DNA of 64,000 nt from a plasmid: sequence record NZ_CP040186.1; one strand, given 5' to 3'. The position numbers and the translations under genes are program-made. Below the pieces are notes generated by a model that was not told the origin of the DNA, did no database searches, and saw only the letters and a list, made by a program, of their open reading frames with translations. This document shows positions 10,500 to 20,650 of this stretch, piece after piece (position 1 is the first letter of the stretch; each line of letters starts with the position of its first letter).

Positions 10500-10703
10500 A
10501 TGACGAAACAGGAATGGATTTTACGACTACGCCGCTGTACATCACAGGAAACTCTGGAAAGGATAATAGAAAAAAATAAATATTCCCTGACGGATGACGA
10601 ACTTGAGCACTTTAATGCCGCAGTGGATCACCGGCTGGCGGAAATGGCAATGGGGAAGTTTTATGATAAAATACCAGCAGGCGTCTGGAAATATGTTAAA
10701 TAA
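10500..10703 (+). CDS. Hypothetical small protein
   Basis: 67-aa ORF in the same orientation as its neighbours. Confidence 0.25.
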   Translation: MTKQEWILRLRRCTSQETLERIIEKNKYSLTDDELEHFNAAVDHRLAEMAMGKFYDKIPAGVWKYVK

Positions 10704-10751
10704 TACAGCCAGCATCAGTCTGTTCGCAGTTATCTCACCTGGAGCGCAATC

Positions 10752-11009
10752 ATGAATATGATATTTGAACTGATTGGATTGTTACTGGTAGTCGGATGCG
10801 CATTCTTCACCACTTTTTTCTTAGCCGCAGTAGCAGGCACTATGGTAGTTATTCTTGGATGGGGAATTTCTATTGTCACCCCGAAGGTGGTTACCTGTAC
10901 TAATGATTGCATCACTACTTTTTTTGATGCCAAACCCTTTGGCTGGCTTCTGATTGTGTTTTCATTAACCATGATGTTCTTTATTATCAGAGGTATGATT
11001 AAACGTTAG
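10752..11009 (+). CDS. Hypothetical small membrane protein
   Basis: 85 aa with two predicted transmembrane segments. Confidence 0.3.
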   Translation: MNMIFELIGLLLVVGCAFFTTFFLAAVAGTMVVILGWGISIVTPKVVTCTNDCITTFFDAKPFGWLLIVFSLTMMFFIIRGMIKR

Positions 11010-11066
11010 ATTGCCTTTAGTGTGTAGTTAAATCATCATCACAACAGCGTTAATCTGAAACTGATA

Positions 11067-11339
11067 TTGCCGGAGGGGATCATCATGACGGGAAGAGGCA
11101 TTAACACAGTACGTATCGGTGATGAAGTGAAGCACATCACCGAGCTCGATGCACTAACACTCATGCATGAATGGTCAAAGCTTAAAAAAGAAAATGCAGA
11201 CCTGTATGACTATAACCGTCAGGTTAACCGGGGGTGGCGCGGCTTTATTCTTCGCCTGATGGGTATCCATTTGCCTGAAAAAAACCGTGTTTGTCTTTAT
11301 GGCATTAATGCCAGAAAAGAATCCATCTATCCCGACTGA
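11067..11339 (+). CDS. Hypothetical protein
   Basis: 90-aa ORF with a GGAGGGG RBS. Confidence 0.35.
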   Translation: MPEGIIMTGRGINTVRIGDEVKHITELDALTLMHEWSKLKKENADLYDYNRQVNRGWRGFILRLMGIHLPEKNRVCLYGINARKESIYPD

Positions 11340-11498
11340 AGTCGTGCTGGCAGTGATAGTGAGCAGGCCATTGCAGAAGAACAGCTATAATTTGACGCTA
11401 AGTGATTGATATTTAACATAAAATGCATTAAGCGAAGTTGAGGTGTGACTGCAATATTCTAATGTCACTTTTGGGGCTGCGGATGTTTTCCTGGACTG

Positions 11499-12683
11499 TT
11501 ATGTTGTGATCCCAAGATTCTGCCGGTACTTCACCGGACTCATCGCACCTAATGATAGCTTGATACGCTTCTCGTTATACCAGCGTATGTATCTGTCCAG
11601 GAAGCAGATAAATTTTTCCAGCGTTATACCTGCCCAGTTTCTTCCCTAGAACATTTCATTTTTGACCCGCCCGAAGAAGCCTTCACACGCCGCATTATCC
11701 GACGAGCATCCTTTGCGCGACATGGACCTTATAAGTCCGGATGTGTTGATACGATCAAGCCAACCCGGCCATCGATAATGGCCACCGCGGTCGCTGTGTA
11801 TCACCGGTTTGTCATTTGCGCTGAGCGTGCCGATCGCATCATCGAGCATGGTATTCACCAGCGTTGCGTCTGGGCGTGTTCCTATCGACCAGCTCACTAC
11901 CTGGCCATCAAAGCAGTCGATAACCGGCGACAGATACACTTTTCCAGCCGGAAGCTGGAACTCGGTAATATCGGTCAGCCACTTTTCATTTGGGCTGCAG
12001 GAACTAAAATCCCGGGCGAGCAGATTTTCCGGTGCCGGGCCGATTTCTCCACAGTAAGAGCTGTATCGTCGTCGCCTGGTGTGCTTAACAACGAGCTGTT
12101 CTTCTGCCATCAGTCTGCGGACAACCTTCTCAGAAATAAACCGGTTGTTAATACGGAGCATCGCATGAAGACGTCGATAGCCGTAGCAGCGGTAGTTTTC
12201 CTCAAAGATCTCCGCCATGATCACGCGTATTTCCGCATACTTATCACTCAAGCGCTGGCTGGCTTTGTGGTAAAAATAGCAGCTGCGGGCAAGTTGCAGA
12301 ACGCCAAGCAACTCAGCAACGGGATACTTTTTCTTAAGGGCATCAACGATCTGGGTTTTCTCCCTGTTTTTCAGGGTCAGAAAGCTGATGCGCAGGTCTT
12401 TTTTTATCAGTTCATTCGCTTTTGTCAGTATGTCCCGTTCGAGCTGCAGCTGATGAACCTGCTGTCTGAGACGCTGGATTTCACCGAGCAAAGCATCCTG
12501 GTTTTTATCTTGAAGGGCAGCTTTTCGTTTGCGCATGGATTGATAAGCCTCGTCATCGATAAGGTCTTTCTTCCATTTGTACAGGACCGGGACGCTGACG
12601 CCTATGCTTTGTGCAACTTTACGCGCGGTTCCACGTCGGTTACAGAGTAAGATAATGCTCAACAGCAGCAATTTTCTGTGCAC
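11499..12683 (-). pseudogene. IS3-family transposase OrfB; C-terminus displaced by a frameshift near 11646
   Basis: The 345-aa ORF carries an HTH, leucine zipper and DDE motifs (SDRGGHY) but stops at FFGRVKNEMF. The conserved C-terminal approximately 47 aa continue in another frame to 11499. Confidence 0.55.
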
Positions 12684-12862
12684 GAGAATAGCGTTCTCTT
12701 GGCTTTAACCCCGGGTAAATCGCCCTTCTCTTCATAAATCCGAACCCAACGGCTCAGCTGTTTTGTGGATGGATATCCCAACTCCATGACAACAACGGAG
12801 GCTTTCTTTCCGTACCGGTAATAGAGTTCGACGGCCCGGATCCGGTCCTCGTATGAATGCAT
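12659..12862 (-). CDS. IS3-family OrfA N-terminal HTH segment
   Basis: MHSYEDRIRAVELYYRYGKKASVVVMELGYP... overlaps the orfB ORF by 25 nt. This is consistent with a shifted or frameshift-fused OrfAB arrangement. Confidence 0.45.
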   Translation of the reverse strand: MHSYEDRIRAVELYYRYGKKASVVVMELGYPSTKQLSRWVRIYEEKGDLPGVKAKRTLFSCTENCCC

Positions 12863-12990
12863 AAATTAACTCCTGAAAGTCCAGGAATTCGTCCGCACCC
12901 CCCTCTGACCAATCCGCTACAGTCTCGCCACCGCGATCGCTGCTTTCAAAGGATGATACTCTGACGGCATACGGAACGGAGTTTTTCTCG

Positions 12991-14360
12991 ATGAACGATG
13001 TAAACCGACTCAAGATCCTGCAGGACGTTATCGACCGGCGTCTTACCACGCGTCTTGCAGCAACCCGACTTGAGATCTCTGACAGGCACTGCCGCCGGCT
13101 ACTCGAGCGCTATCGTGAACACGGACCGCTATCGCTGGTTAACCGCCGACGTGGTCAGCCTGGTAACCGACAGTTGATGCCTGGCCTCGCTGAGCGTGCG
13201 CTGCGCATCATTCGCGAACGTTACGCCGACTTTGGCCCGACATTAGCCTGCGAGAAGCTTGCTGAGATTCATGACCTTTATCTTGCTAAAGAGACTGTAC
13301 GTAAGCTCATGACCTGGGACGGTTTATGGATCCCTCGTAAGTTACGGCCACCTCGTGTGCATCAGCCACGCCCACGTCGGGCCTGCACCGGCGAACTCAT
13401 CCAGATTGATGGCAGTGAACATCTCTGGTTCGAGGACCGTGGTCCGGCCTGCACGCTGCTCGTTTACGTTGATGATGCAACAAGTCGGTTGATGCAGCTT
13501 CTCTTCGTCAGTTCGGAGTCCACGTTCACCTATTTTGAAGCCACCCGGGGATATCTGGAGCGCTACGGTAAGCCTCTGGCATTCTACAGCGACAAAGCCA
13601 GCGTCTTCAGGATCAACAACAAGCAGGCCACCGGCGGAGATGGCCAGACTCAGTTTGGTCGTGCCATGAACGAGCTGAATATCACTGGTATCTGTGCCAA
13701 CACCAGTTCAGCCAAGGGGCGTGTTGAACGGGCTCATCTGACATTACAGGACCGCCTGGTCAAGGAACTGCGGCTCCGCGGTATTAGCGCACCTGAGGCT
13801 GCAAACGCCTTTGCTGATGAGTTCATGGAAGATTACAACCGTCGGTTTGCAAAGCCGCCACGTCACGATTTTGACGTACATCGCCAGCTGGATAACGGCG
13901 AAAACCTGCAGGTGACATTCACCTGGCGCGAGCAGCGTAAGGTCTAGAAAAACCTGACATTACAGTACGATAAGAAGCTTTATCTGCTTGAAGATAATGA
14001 ACAAAATCGACGTTTTCAGGGAAGTACATCGAGGTCTGGCAATACCCGGATGGTGACATTGAGCTCCGGGCCAACGGCACTTCCCTGCCCTTTACCATTT
14101 ACGACCGGCTTGGAGAGCTGGATCAGGGCGCCATCATCGACAACAAGCGTCTGGGACGTGCTCTGGAGATGATAAAACTGGTGCAGGACATACGGGACAA
14201 TACCCGCTCACAGGCCCTACCGTCCCTTGACGGCCAGACCTCTCGCGGAAAAAAGAAGCAACCCGGCAAGAAATCACAACGAAGTCTGGACCAGAACGAC
14301 ATGCTGGAAGCCCTGCAGCAACTCCAGACCCGGAGCAAAGACATCTTCGGCAAAGGCTGA
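12991..14360 (+). pseudogene. rve-core DDE transposase, probably ISNCY/IS1202-group, interrupted by a TAG at 13945 and a later frameshift
   Basis: 318-aa ORF (IQIDGSEH...YSDKASVF...). It continues past an in-frame amber codon as KNLTLQYDKKLYLL, then shifts to the frame of ORF 14169..14360. No clean IRs were identified. Confidence 0.5.
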
Positions 14361-14430
14361 AACATAACCTACATGCGGACATTTTAATTTAGCTGTAAAG
14401 CGGACCTTTAAAAACAGCCCAGACATAGTA

Positions 14431-14461
14431 TGTAACTCTAATATTCTGATGTCACTTTTAA
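14431..14461 (+). repeat. Second copy of the IS3-like terminal inverted repeat, in the same orientation as the one at 11444
   Basis: TGTAACTCTAATATTCTGATGTCACTTTT against TGTGACTGCAATATTCTAATGTCACTTTT at 11444, matching 25 of 29. The internal sequence then diverges. Confidence 0.35.
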
Positions 14462-14810
14462 CTCATTTAGGGAACCCTGCAAAACCTGCTTATAGTAGCC
14501 GCGCAGAAAGAATTCGCCGGTGCTCCTGTTATTAAACGAATGACGGACTGGCGTATCCTCGAAGGTGAACCTGTTTGTCATGAAAGGGATAGAAAACTTT
14601 AAAAGATGCTGAAACTGGTAGCATCAAATATTCCTGAGCAAAATAACCATCCCAAAAAATAACTTTCTTATCGAATGTGCCGTTAACCCCCTTCCCTTCA
14701 TTTAGGCCAGGGGGGATGTCGGTCTCCTTACTATCCGTTCCCTGTTTACCCGTAAGTACTTATTCGCGAACCATTTTTTTGCAATTTGACGATTATAATC
14801 ATCGGGTTTT

Positions 14811-15466
14811 TCAATGGTTTTGTTCCATTGCATAAACCTCAATTAGTCTCCAAAGCAACCGTCCCATAGGTAATCTATAAATATCGTTATGTGCACCTCC
14901 ACCTGTACCAAAAGAATTGAATTCTGTTATTCCGTTTGAGGTGTCAATGTAGTCAATCTTTCGCGGCCCGGTAATATTCTTAAATGGATCGGTACATTCT
15001 TTTGATATTTCACCACGGTTACATAATGATAATATACCATTTTTAATTTTGGCTGAGGTATCTGAGGCAGTCATACAGTGAAATGCTCTTGAGTAATCAG
15101 GATCTGTACAAGCTTTCTTATAGCTTTTATCGCCTCCAGCCGGATCAGTCCATTTCGCTATTTTAACTGCCGAATCGAATCTCGATGCTGTAAGCACTAT
15201 TTTCGTATTAACTAACGATACATAATCTCTGTATGGGGCTCCTTCATTGCCTAATGAAGGAAAGAACCTGTTTATACTCATTGCTCCCTGCAATGAAACA
15301 GCTAAATTTACTGGGCTAGTGACCATTTTTTCGTCATTTATCAATGGACTACTAAATAGCGCTCGAGTCATAGCTCGTGCACCGAAACTATGACCTATGG
15401 CGATAACAGGAAGTTTAGCCCCTGATTCACTCATGCTTTCAGGTATAGTTTTGTTGATAATTTTAT
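14811..15466 (-). pseudogene. C-terminal part of a lipoprotein alpha/beta-hydrolase (lipase/esterase-like) gene split by an ISPpu12-like insertion
   Basis: Contains the GHSFGA nucleophile-elbow motif. It reads in frame across the IS excision junction into ORF 18746..19816. Confidence 0.6.
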
Positions 15467-15553
15467 GGGTAAGCGGATTAAATGGTTGATCTTACCTTTG
15501 CATGAGAGTGAGACAGACCGGCATCTCATCGGATTATCTGGTTGATGCTTCAC

Positions 15554-15961
15554 CTACTGCTGGTGCATGTTTCCTTCGCTAATTCCAGCAAGAACCCCAC
15601 ACGCCTCAACTTCCCGGTCATCGTTGCAACTCGCTCTCAGTGAAACGAGTTGTTTCTCAAGCGCTTGCAGAGCGGTTATCTGCGACCGCACATGAGAGAT
15701 GTGATCATCGAGCAAGGCGTTGACGGCGGTACAAGGCTGATGAGGGTCGTCCTGATAGCTCTGTAGTTCGTGAATCTCAGCCAGTGACAGGCCCAGGATT
15801 CTGCAGCGACGGATGAAGGCCAGCCCCTCACCATGCTTCTCGGTATAGACACGGTAACCGTTGTCCTGCCGATCAGGCGGCGGCAACAAGCCCTGCTGTT
15901 CATAGAAGCGGATCGTCTGTGTTTCGACCCCTACCAACTGCGCCAACTGACCAATGCGCAT
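15554..15961 (-). CDS. MerR-family metal-responsive regulator (ISPpu12 passenger)
   Basis: N-terminal HTH MRIGQLAQLVGVETQTIRFYEQQGLL is typical of MerR/CueR/ZntR. Divergent from the CDF gene. Confidence 0.8.
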   Translation of the reverse strand: MRIGQLAQLVGVETQTIRFYEQQGLLPPPDRQDNGYRVYTEKHGEGLAFIRRCRILGLSLAEIHELQSYQDDPHQPCTAVNALLDDHISHVRSQITALQALEKQLVSLRASCNDDREVEACGVLAGISEGNMHQQ

Positions 15962-16035
15962 CAGCCTCCTCCCCAACGGATTCTTTACTCTATTGACCTT
16001 ATAGTAGCTTTATAGTTTTAAATGGTACCACAACA

Positions 16036-16953
16036 TTGTTCAAGTGGAGTCGTATCATGAGCAAATCCTGTGGTGGCGCCTGTGGCGGTGATGCAACGTC
16101 CGCAGCGGATACCGATATACAGGCCTCCTCCGAGGCGCCAGGGAGATGGGTCAGTGTTTATGCCGTGCCGAAGATGGACTGTCCATCAGAAGAACGAATG
16201 ATTCGCCTAGCCCTGAACGGCTTTGAGGAGATTCGGGCGCTGTCCTTCGACTTGTCGAACCGCCGGCTGAAGGTCGTGCATGACGGCGAGGTCGAGCCCG
16301 TCACCTCGAAACTGAAGACCTTGGGGCTAGGCGCCTCGCTTCAGGAAACCGTCGCTGCAAATCCGGAGACCATCAAGGCCGCCGAGTTTTCGGCAGCTTC
16401 TGCTAAGCAAGAATCCGGGACCCTGCGCTGGTTGCTCGGCATCAATGCACTTCTGTTCGTGGTGGAAATGACTGCCGGTCTGATCGCCCAGTCCACCGGC
16501 CTGATTGGAGAATCCCTGGACAATTTTGCCGATGCGGCGGTGTACGGGCTTGCCCTTTATGCGGTTGGACATAGCGTGAAAATGCAGGTACGTGCCGCGC
16601 ATCTTGCTGGTGTACTGCAACTGATCTTGGCTGTGGGCGTGCTCGTAGAGGTGGTGAGACGCTTTGTATTCGGTAGTGAGCCTGAATCGCTGGTGATGAT
16701 GGCTATCGCATTCGTCGCATTGATTGCCAATACCAGTTGTCTGCTGCTCATATCCAAACATCGGGAAGGCGGGGCGCACATGAAGGCAAGCTGGATATTC
16801 TCGGCCAACGACGTGGTGATCAACCTCGGGGTCATCACCGCCGGCGCCACGGTCGCGTGGACCGGTTCCAATTATCCGGATCTGATTATCGGCACCATCG
16901 CGGGGGGCATTGTACTTAACGGTGCCAGACGCATTTTGGCGTTGAAGGGTTAA
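16036..16953 (+). CDS. Cation diffusion facilitator (CzcD-like Co/Zn/Cd efflux) transporter
   Basis: 305 aa with a Cys/His-rich N-terminus, six transmembrane segments and a cytoplasmic C-terminal domain, matching the CDF family. Confidence 0.8.
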   Translation: MFKWSRIMSKSCGGACGGDATSAADTDIQASSEAPGRWVSVYAVPKMDCPSEERMIRLALNGFEEIRALSFDLSNRRLKVVHDGEVEPVTSKLKTLGLGASLQETVAANPETIKAAEFSAASAKQESGTLRWLLGINALLFVVEMTAGLIAQSTGLIGESLDNFADAAVYGLALYAVGHSVKMQVRAAHLAGVLQLILAVGVLVEVVRRFVFGSEPESLVMMAIAFVALIANTSCLLLISKHREGGAHMKASWIFSANDVVINLGVITAGATVAWTGSNYPDLIIGTIAGGIVLNGARRILALKG

Positions 16954-16956
16954 ATA

Positions 16957-17466
16957 ATGCTCATTATTGGCAAAAAGCTCTCGCCGTATGCCCTATTGTC
17001 CATATCGGGCCTGCTGGCAGCGTCTGATCAGGCTGTAAAGTGGCTGGTGCAGCAATCAATGGCCTATGGCGAGTATGTTTCGGTGACCCCGTTCTTTAAC
17101 TGGGTGCACCTATGGAACACCGGTGCCGCATTCAGTCTTTTTGCGAATGGTGGAGGCTGGCAGCGCTACTTTTTTATCGGAATCGCGGTAGTGGTCTCGA
17201 TTTTTCTGATCAAGCTGATCCTTGAAAATCGTCATAAAGGAGAAGCCATCGCTTACAGTCTTATCCTCGGTGGCGCCATGGGCAACCTGATTGACCGGGT
17301 CTTTCGCGGCTATGTTGTGGATTCCTTTGATTTCTATTGGCGAGACTGGCATTGGCCGGCCTTCAACGCTGATATTGCAATTGTCCTCGGTGCCTTACTT
17401 TTCGTTTCCAGCAGCTTGTTGGGTAAAAAAGCAAACACCAATGCCGAGCCGGATGGATCTGACTGA
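16957..17466 (+). CDS. lspA: Lipoprotein signal peptidase II
   Basis: 169-aa membrane protein with the conserved LspA motifs (NxGAAF, IDR). It lies immediately upstream of the ISL3 tnpA, as in ISPpu12. Confidence 0.8.
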   Translation: MLIIGKKLSPYALLSISGLLAASDQAVKWLVQQSMAYGEYVSVTPFFNWVHLWNTGAAFSLFANGGGWQRYFFIGIAVVVSIFLIKLILENRHKGEAIAYSLILGGAMGNLIDRVFRGYVVDSFDFYWRDWHWPAFNADIAIVLGALLFVSSSLLGKKANTNAEPDGSD

Positions 17467-17487
17467 CACCTACGCCTATACAACACC

Positions 17488-18777
17488 ATGACCGAACTTC
17501 CCGACAACATCCTTCACCTGCCGCAATACCAAGTACTGGGCTGCAAATCAACCGACGACGAAATGCACTTCCAGGTGGACGTGCCCGATCCCATCGCCTG
17601 CGAGGAATGCGGCGTGCAGGGTGAGTTCGTACGGTTCGGCAAGCGTGACGTTCCCTATCGTGATCTGCCCATCCACGGCAAGCGGGTCACTCTCTGGGTG
17701 GTCCGCCGCCGATACACCTGCCGGGCCTGCAAGACAACATTCAGGCCCCAGCTACCGGAGATGGTGGACGGATTCCGTATGACACTGCGGCTGCATGAGT
17801 ACGTGGAGAAGGAATCCTTCAACCACCCCTACACCTTTGTGGCGGCACAGACCGGCCTGGACGAGAAGACGGTGCGCGACATCTTCAACGCCCGCGCCGA
17901 GTTCCTGGGGCGCTGGCACCGCTTCGAGACGCCCCGCATCCTGGGCATTGACGAGCTATACCTGAACAAGCGCTACCGCTGCATTCTGACCAACATTGAG
18001 GAGCGAACCCTGCTCGACCTGCTGGCCACCCGCCGCCAGGACGTGGTGACCAACTACCTGATGAAGCTGAAAGACCGGCAGAAGGTCGAGATCGTCAGCA
18101 TGGACATGTGGAACCCCTACCGGGCAGCGGTCAAGGCTGTGCTGCCCCAGGCCCGTATCGTGGTCGATAAGTTCCATGTGGTGCGCATGGCCAACGATGC
18201 CCTAGAGAGAGTGCGCAAGGGCCTCAGAAAGGAGCTGAAACCGTCCCAGAGCCGGACTCTCAAGGGAGACCGGAAAATCCTGCTGAAACGCGCTCACGAA
18301 GTCTCAGACCGGGAGCGCCTCATCATGGAGACCTGGACAGGCGCGTTCCCGCAACTGCTGGCCGCCTACGAGCACAAGGAGCGCTTCTACGGCATCTGGG
18401 ACGCCACCACACGGCTCCAGGCAGAAGCCGCCCTGGACGAGTGGATAGCCACCATCCCGAAGGGCCAAAAGGAAGTCTGGAGCGATCTGGTCAGGGCAGT
18501 GGGAAACTGGCGCGAAGAGACCATGACCTACTTCGAGACGGACATGCCCGTCACCAACGCTTACACGGAGTCCATCAACCGACTGGCCAAGGACAAGAAC
18601 CGTGAAGGGCGCGGTTACTCCTTCGAGGTGATGCGGGCACGAATGCTCTACACCACGAAGCACAAGAAGAAGGCACCGACTGCGAAGGTCTCTCCTTTCT
18701 ACAAGAAAACCATCGGTTACGGACTGCCGGACTTCGCAGAGGAACTCAACTACGGAGTCGATCTATCAACCATCTGA
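17488..18777 (+). CDS. tnpA: ISL3-family transposase
   Basis: 429 aa with an N-terminal zinc-finger/HTH and a DDE_Tnp_ISL3 core (ILGIDELYL..., SMDMWNPY). Confidence 0.9.
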   Translation: MTELPDNILHLPQYQVLGCKSTDDEMHFQVDVPDPIACEECGVQGEFVRFGKRDVPYRDLPIHGKRVTLWVVRRRYTCRACKTTFRPQLPEMVDGFRMTLRLHEYVEKESFNHPYTFVAAQTGLDEKTVRDIFNARAEFLGRWHRFETPRILGIDELYLNKRYRCILTNIEERTLLDLLATRRQDVVTNYLMKLKDRQKVEIVSMDMWNPYRAAVKAVLPQARIVVDKFHVVRMANDALERVRKGLRKELKPSQSRTLKGDRKILLKRAHEVSDRERLIMETWTGAFPQLLAAYEHKERFYGIWDATTRLQAEAALDEWIATIPKGQKEVWSDLVRAVGNWREETMTYFETDMPVTNAYTESINRLAKDKNREGRGYSFEVMRARMLYTTKHKKKAPTAKVSPFYKKTIGYGLPDFAEELNYGVDLSTI

Positions 18778-18843
18778 GGGTGGTATCAGATTGATGGGGT
18801 GAAGGTGCCCCATCAACCATTAAATCCGTATACCCAATTTTAT

Positions 18844-19816
18844 TAAGCCAAATGAGACCAAGTTCATCTGCATCATTTGCTTTGTTTGGATAACTGACTA
18901 CATTAACAAGCCCAGTTGACCAATATGAAGGCCACGTTATACCAATCACGAGAGGTCTAAAATCACGGTTGTATTTTTCTTCCTTTGGTTCAATAACCCG
19001 TGACCTGGTAACTACCATTCTATTTAGTTTGGCTGACGGGTTCGTATCAGCCTCTTTTCGTTGCTCGAAAGAAGCCGTAATAATATTTCCAGTAATGTCA
19101 TTAAAATTTCTAACCGCCTCACTTTGTGATGTATTCCAACCCATGACGATGACCAGAATGTGGCTATAAGCTCCACTTTCAAGGTCATGCTTTAGGTTTT
19201 CTTTAAGCGCAGTTAGGCCTGAATCACTATTTTTATAAAATGAGTGTAATTTTGCATCCTCCGCTTCTTGAATAGAACTGGATATTTTGCAAGCATTCCA
19301 TCCATTTATTTTTGTTAGATCCAAACCTGAATCACCTACCAACTGTCGTGAGGTGTATGCGTTATAAACAAAGCAGTAATTATTTGTAATGTAGGGATTG
19401 TTTAGTTTATCTTTTATGATGTTAAAATCATTTTTTATAATATGAGATATAAACATGGACTTTCGGTCTTGCTTCGTGAATCCATCAATTTTATTTCTAG
19501 TGTTGTTTGTGCTATTAATTTCACTGTTTAGATAACTGTCACTGTTTAATAAACCATCATCAGATTGTTTTTCAGGCCCTCCGATAGTTTTTTTAGGCGA
19601 CTTTTCAATCCCAATAATATACCCAGGGTTATGAAGTCCCTCGCCTGATGGGTAATATAACATTGAATGAAAACTTCTAGTGGTTGAGCCATCTAGCTCC
19701 AATATTTTTTCATATGGTGCTATTACCGTATCAGTATTGCTACAACTGAGGGTCGGACAACAACAAAGCATTATTGTAAATGTCTTAGAGAAATTCATAT
19801 GCTTCCACTCTTCCAT
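18844..19816 (-). pseudogene. N-terminal part of the IS-interrupted lipoprotein lipase/esterase-like gene
   Basis: Lipobox MLCCCPTLSC and an N/S-rich region. Removing the IS plus one TSD copy joins ...LGLIWLNKI to INKTIPESMSESGAKLPVIAIGHSFGA in frame. Confidence 0.6.
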
Positions 19817-20370
19817 TTGCTGTGTTTGATAATATGTATTACATTGCGGCGGGAAATTTTAGCCAATTTGTTTTTTTACGCCTAACACAATAATGCATAT
19901 ATTCTTTTTGTTGTATGTCAATAACGATAATTAGAGATGGTGTGTTTATAAGAATTTTTTAGGTTGGTTGATTAAGCATATACACTACTATACCCAACTT
20001 CAACTTTACTATGATTACTCACTTAACCAGAGTAGCCATTTTTGAATCACTATAAAATTTAAGGCTAACCATATCTATATTCTATATTTACGCGAAGACC
20101 TAGTTATAACTGCTGAAATCTATGCTTATGAATTATTTTTTCATCTGATTAATATGTGTTTTTTTTGCATCTGCTTGTTGCATTCCGTATAAAAATCGAA
20201 TTCTTATACTATGCAATACTATTTATTGGTCGTAACTATCACTAAAACGGTATTCTACAAAATTTAATCTCACCGATGAAATAGACACTGTGTCCAGTGA
20301 ATATCTTTTATTAGTTGGCTAAGTGAAAGTATCTTTTGCTCTGTACTCACCGCGATAACCCTAACAGTTC

Positions 20371-20392
20371 GCCATGCCATGCCATGCCATGG
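20371..20392. repeat. Short tandem pentanucleotide repeat (GCCAT)x4 in a long AT-rich noncoding stretch
   Basis: gccatgccatgccatgccatgg, within the roughly 830-bp intergenic region 19817-20650. Confidence 0.6.
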
Positions 20393-20650
20393 TATGGAGC
20401 CCTCCTGCCTGGTTCTGTTGAGGCAGGGTCAGGCAAGGGGTAATTTCAAGATAGTTATTTTCTTTACTTCTTAGGCTTACCTAAGCAGCTGCTTATGTCA
20501 GTATCCCTCCACAGTCAGTACACCTTCCGTCGATAATCCGTGATCCAGTTTTATTACCAGGCATCCAATGGCTGTTGACGTTGCGGGTGCCGACGTTATG
20601 GTATAGTGCTGGTCTGCTTACGGCAGAAGTTACCTGACTAATAACGAGAT

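Larger units (their letters stand above)
11444..12930 (-). mobile_element. IS3-family insertion sequence (IS150-group-like). Left end recognised; right end approximate.
   Basis: Terminal sequence TGTGACTGCAATATTCTAATGTCAC at 11444. orfA (HTH) and orfB (DDE) lie on the minus strand. orfB C-terminus ...WYNEKRIKLSLGAMSPVKYRQNLGITT is typical of the family. Confidence 0.55.
15467..18835 (+). mobile_element. ISPpu12-like ISL3-family element (3369 bp) carrying merR-like, CDF, lspA and tnpA
   Basis: 24-bp inverted repeats: GGGTAAGCGGATTAAATGGTTGAT at 15467-15490 and the reverse complement of 18812-18835, GGGTATACGGATTTAATGGTTGAT. Perfect 8-bp direct repeats AATTTTAT flank it at 15459-15466 and 18836-18843. 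Gene content matches ISPpu12. Confidence 0.8.

Noticed and set aside
11778-12650. 290-aa ORF on the plus strand
   Set aside because: It lies entirely antisense to the IS3-family transposase ORF and has no motif or RBS. This is a typical shadow ORF.
16327-16871. 150-aa and 104-aa minus-strand ORFs inside the CDF transporter gene
   Set aside because: Both are shadow ORFs of a conserved membrane-transporter gene.
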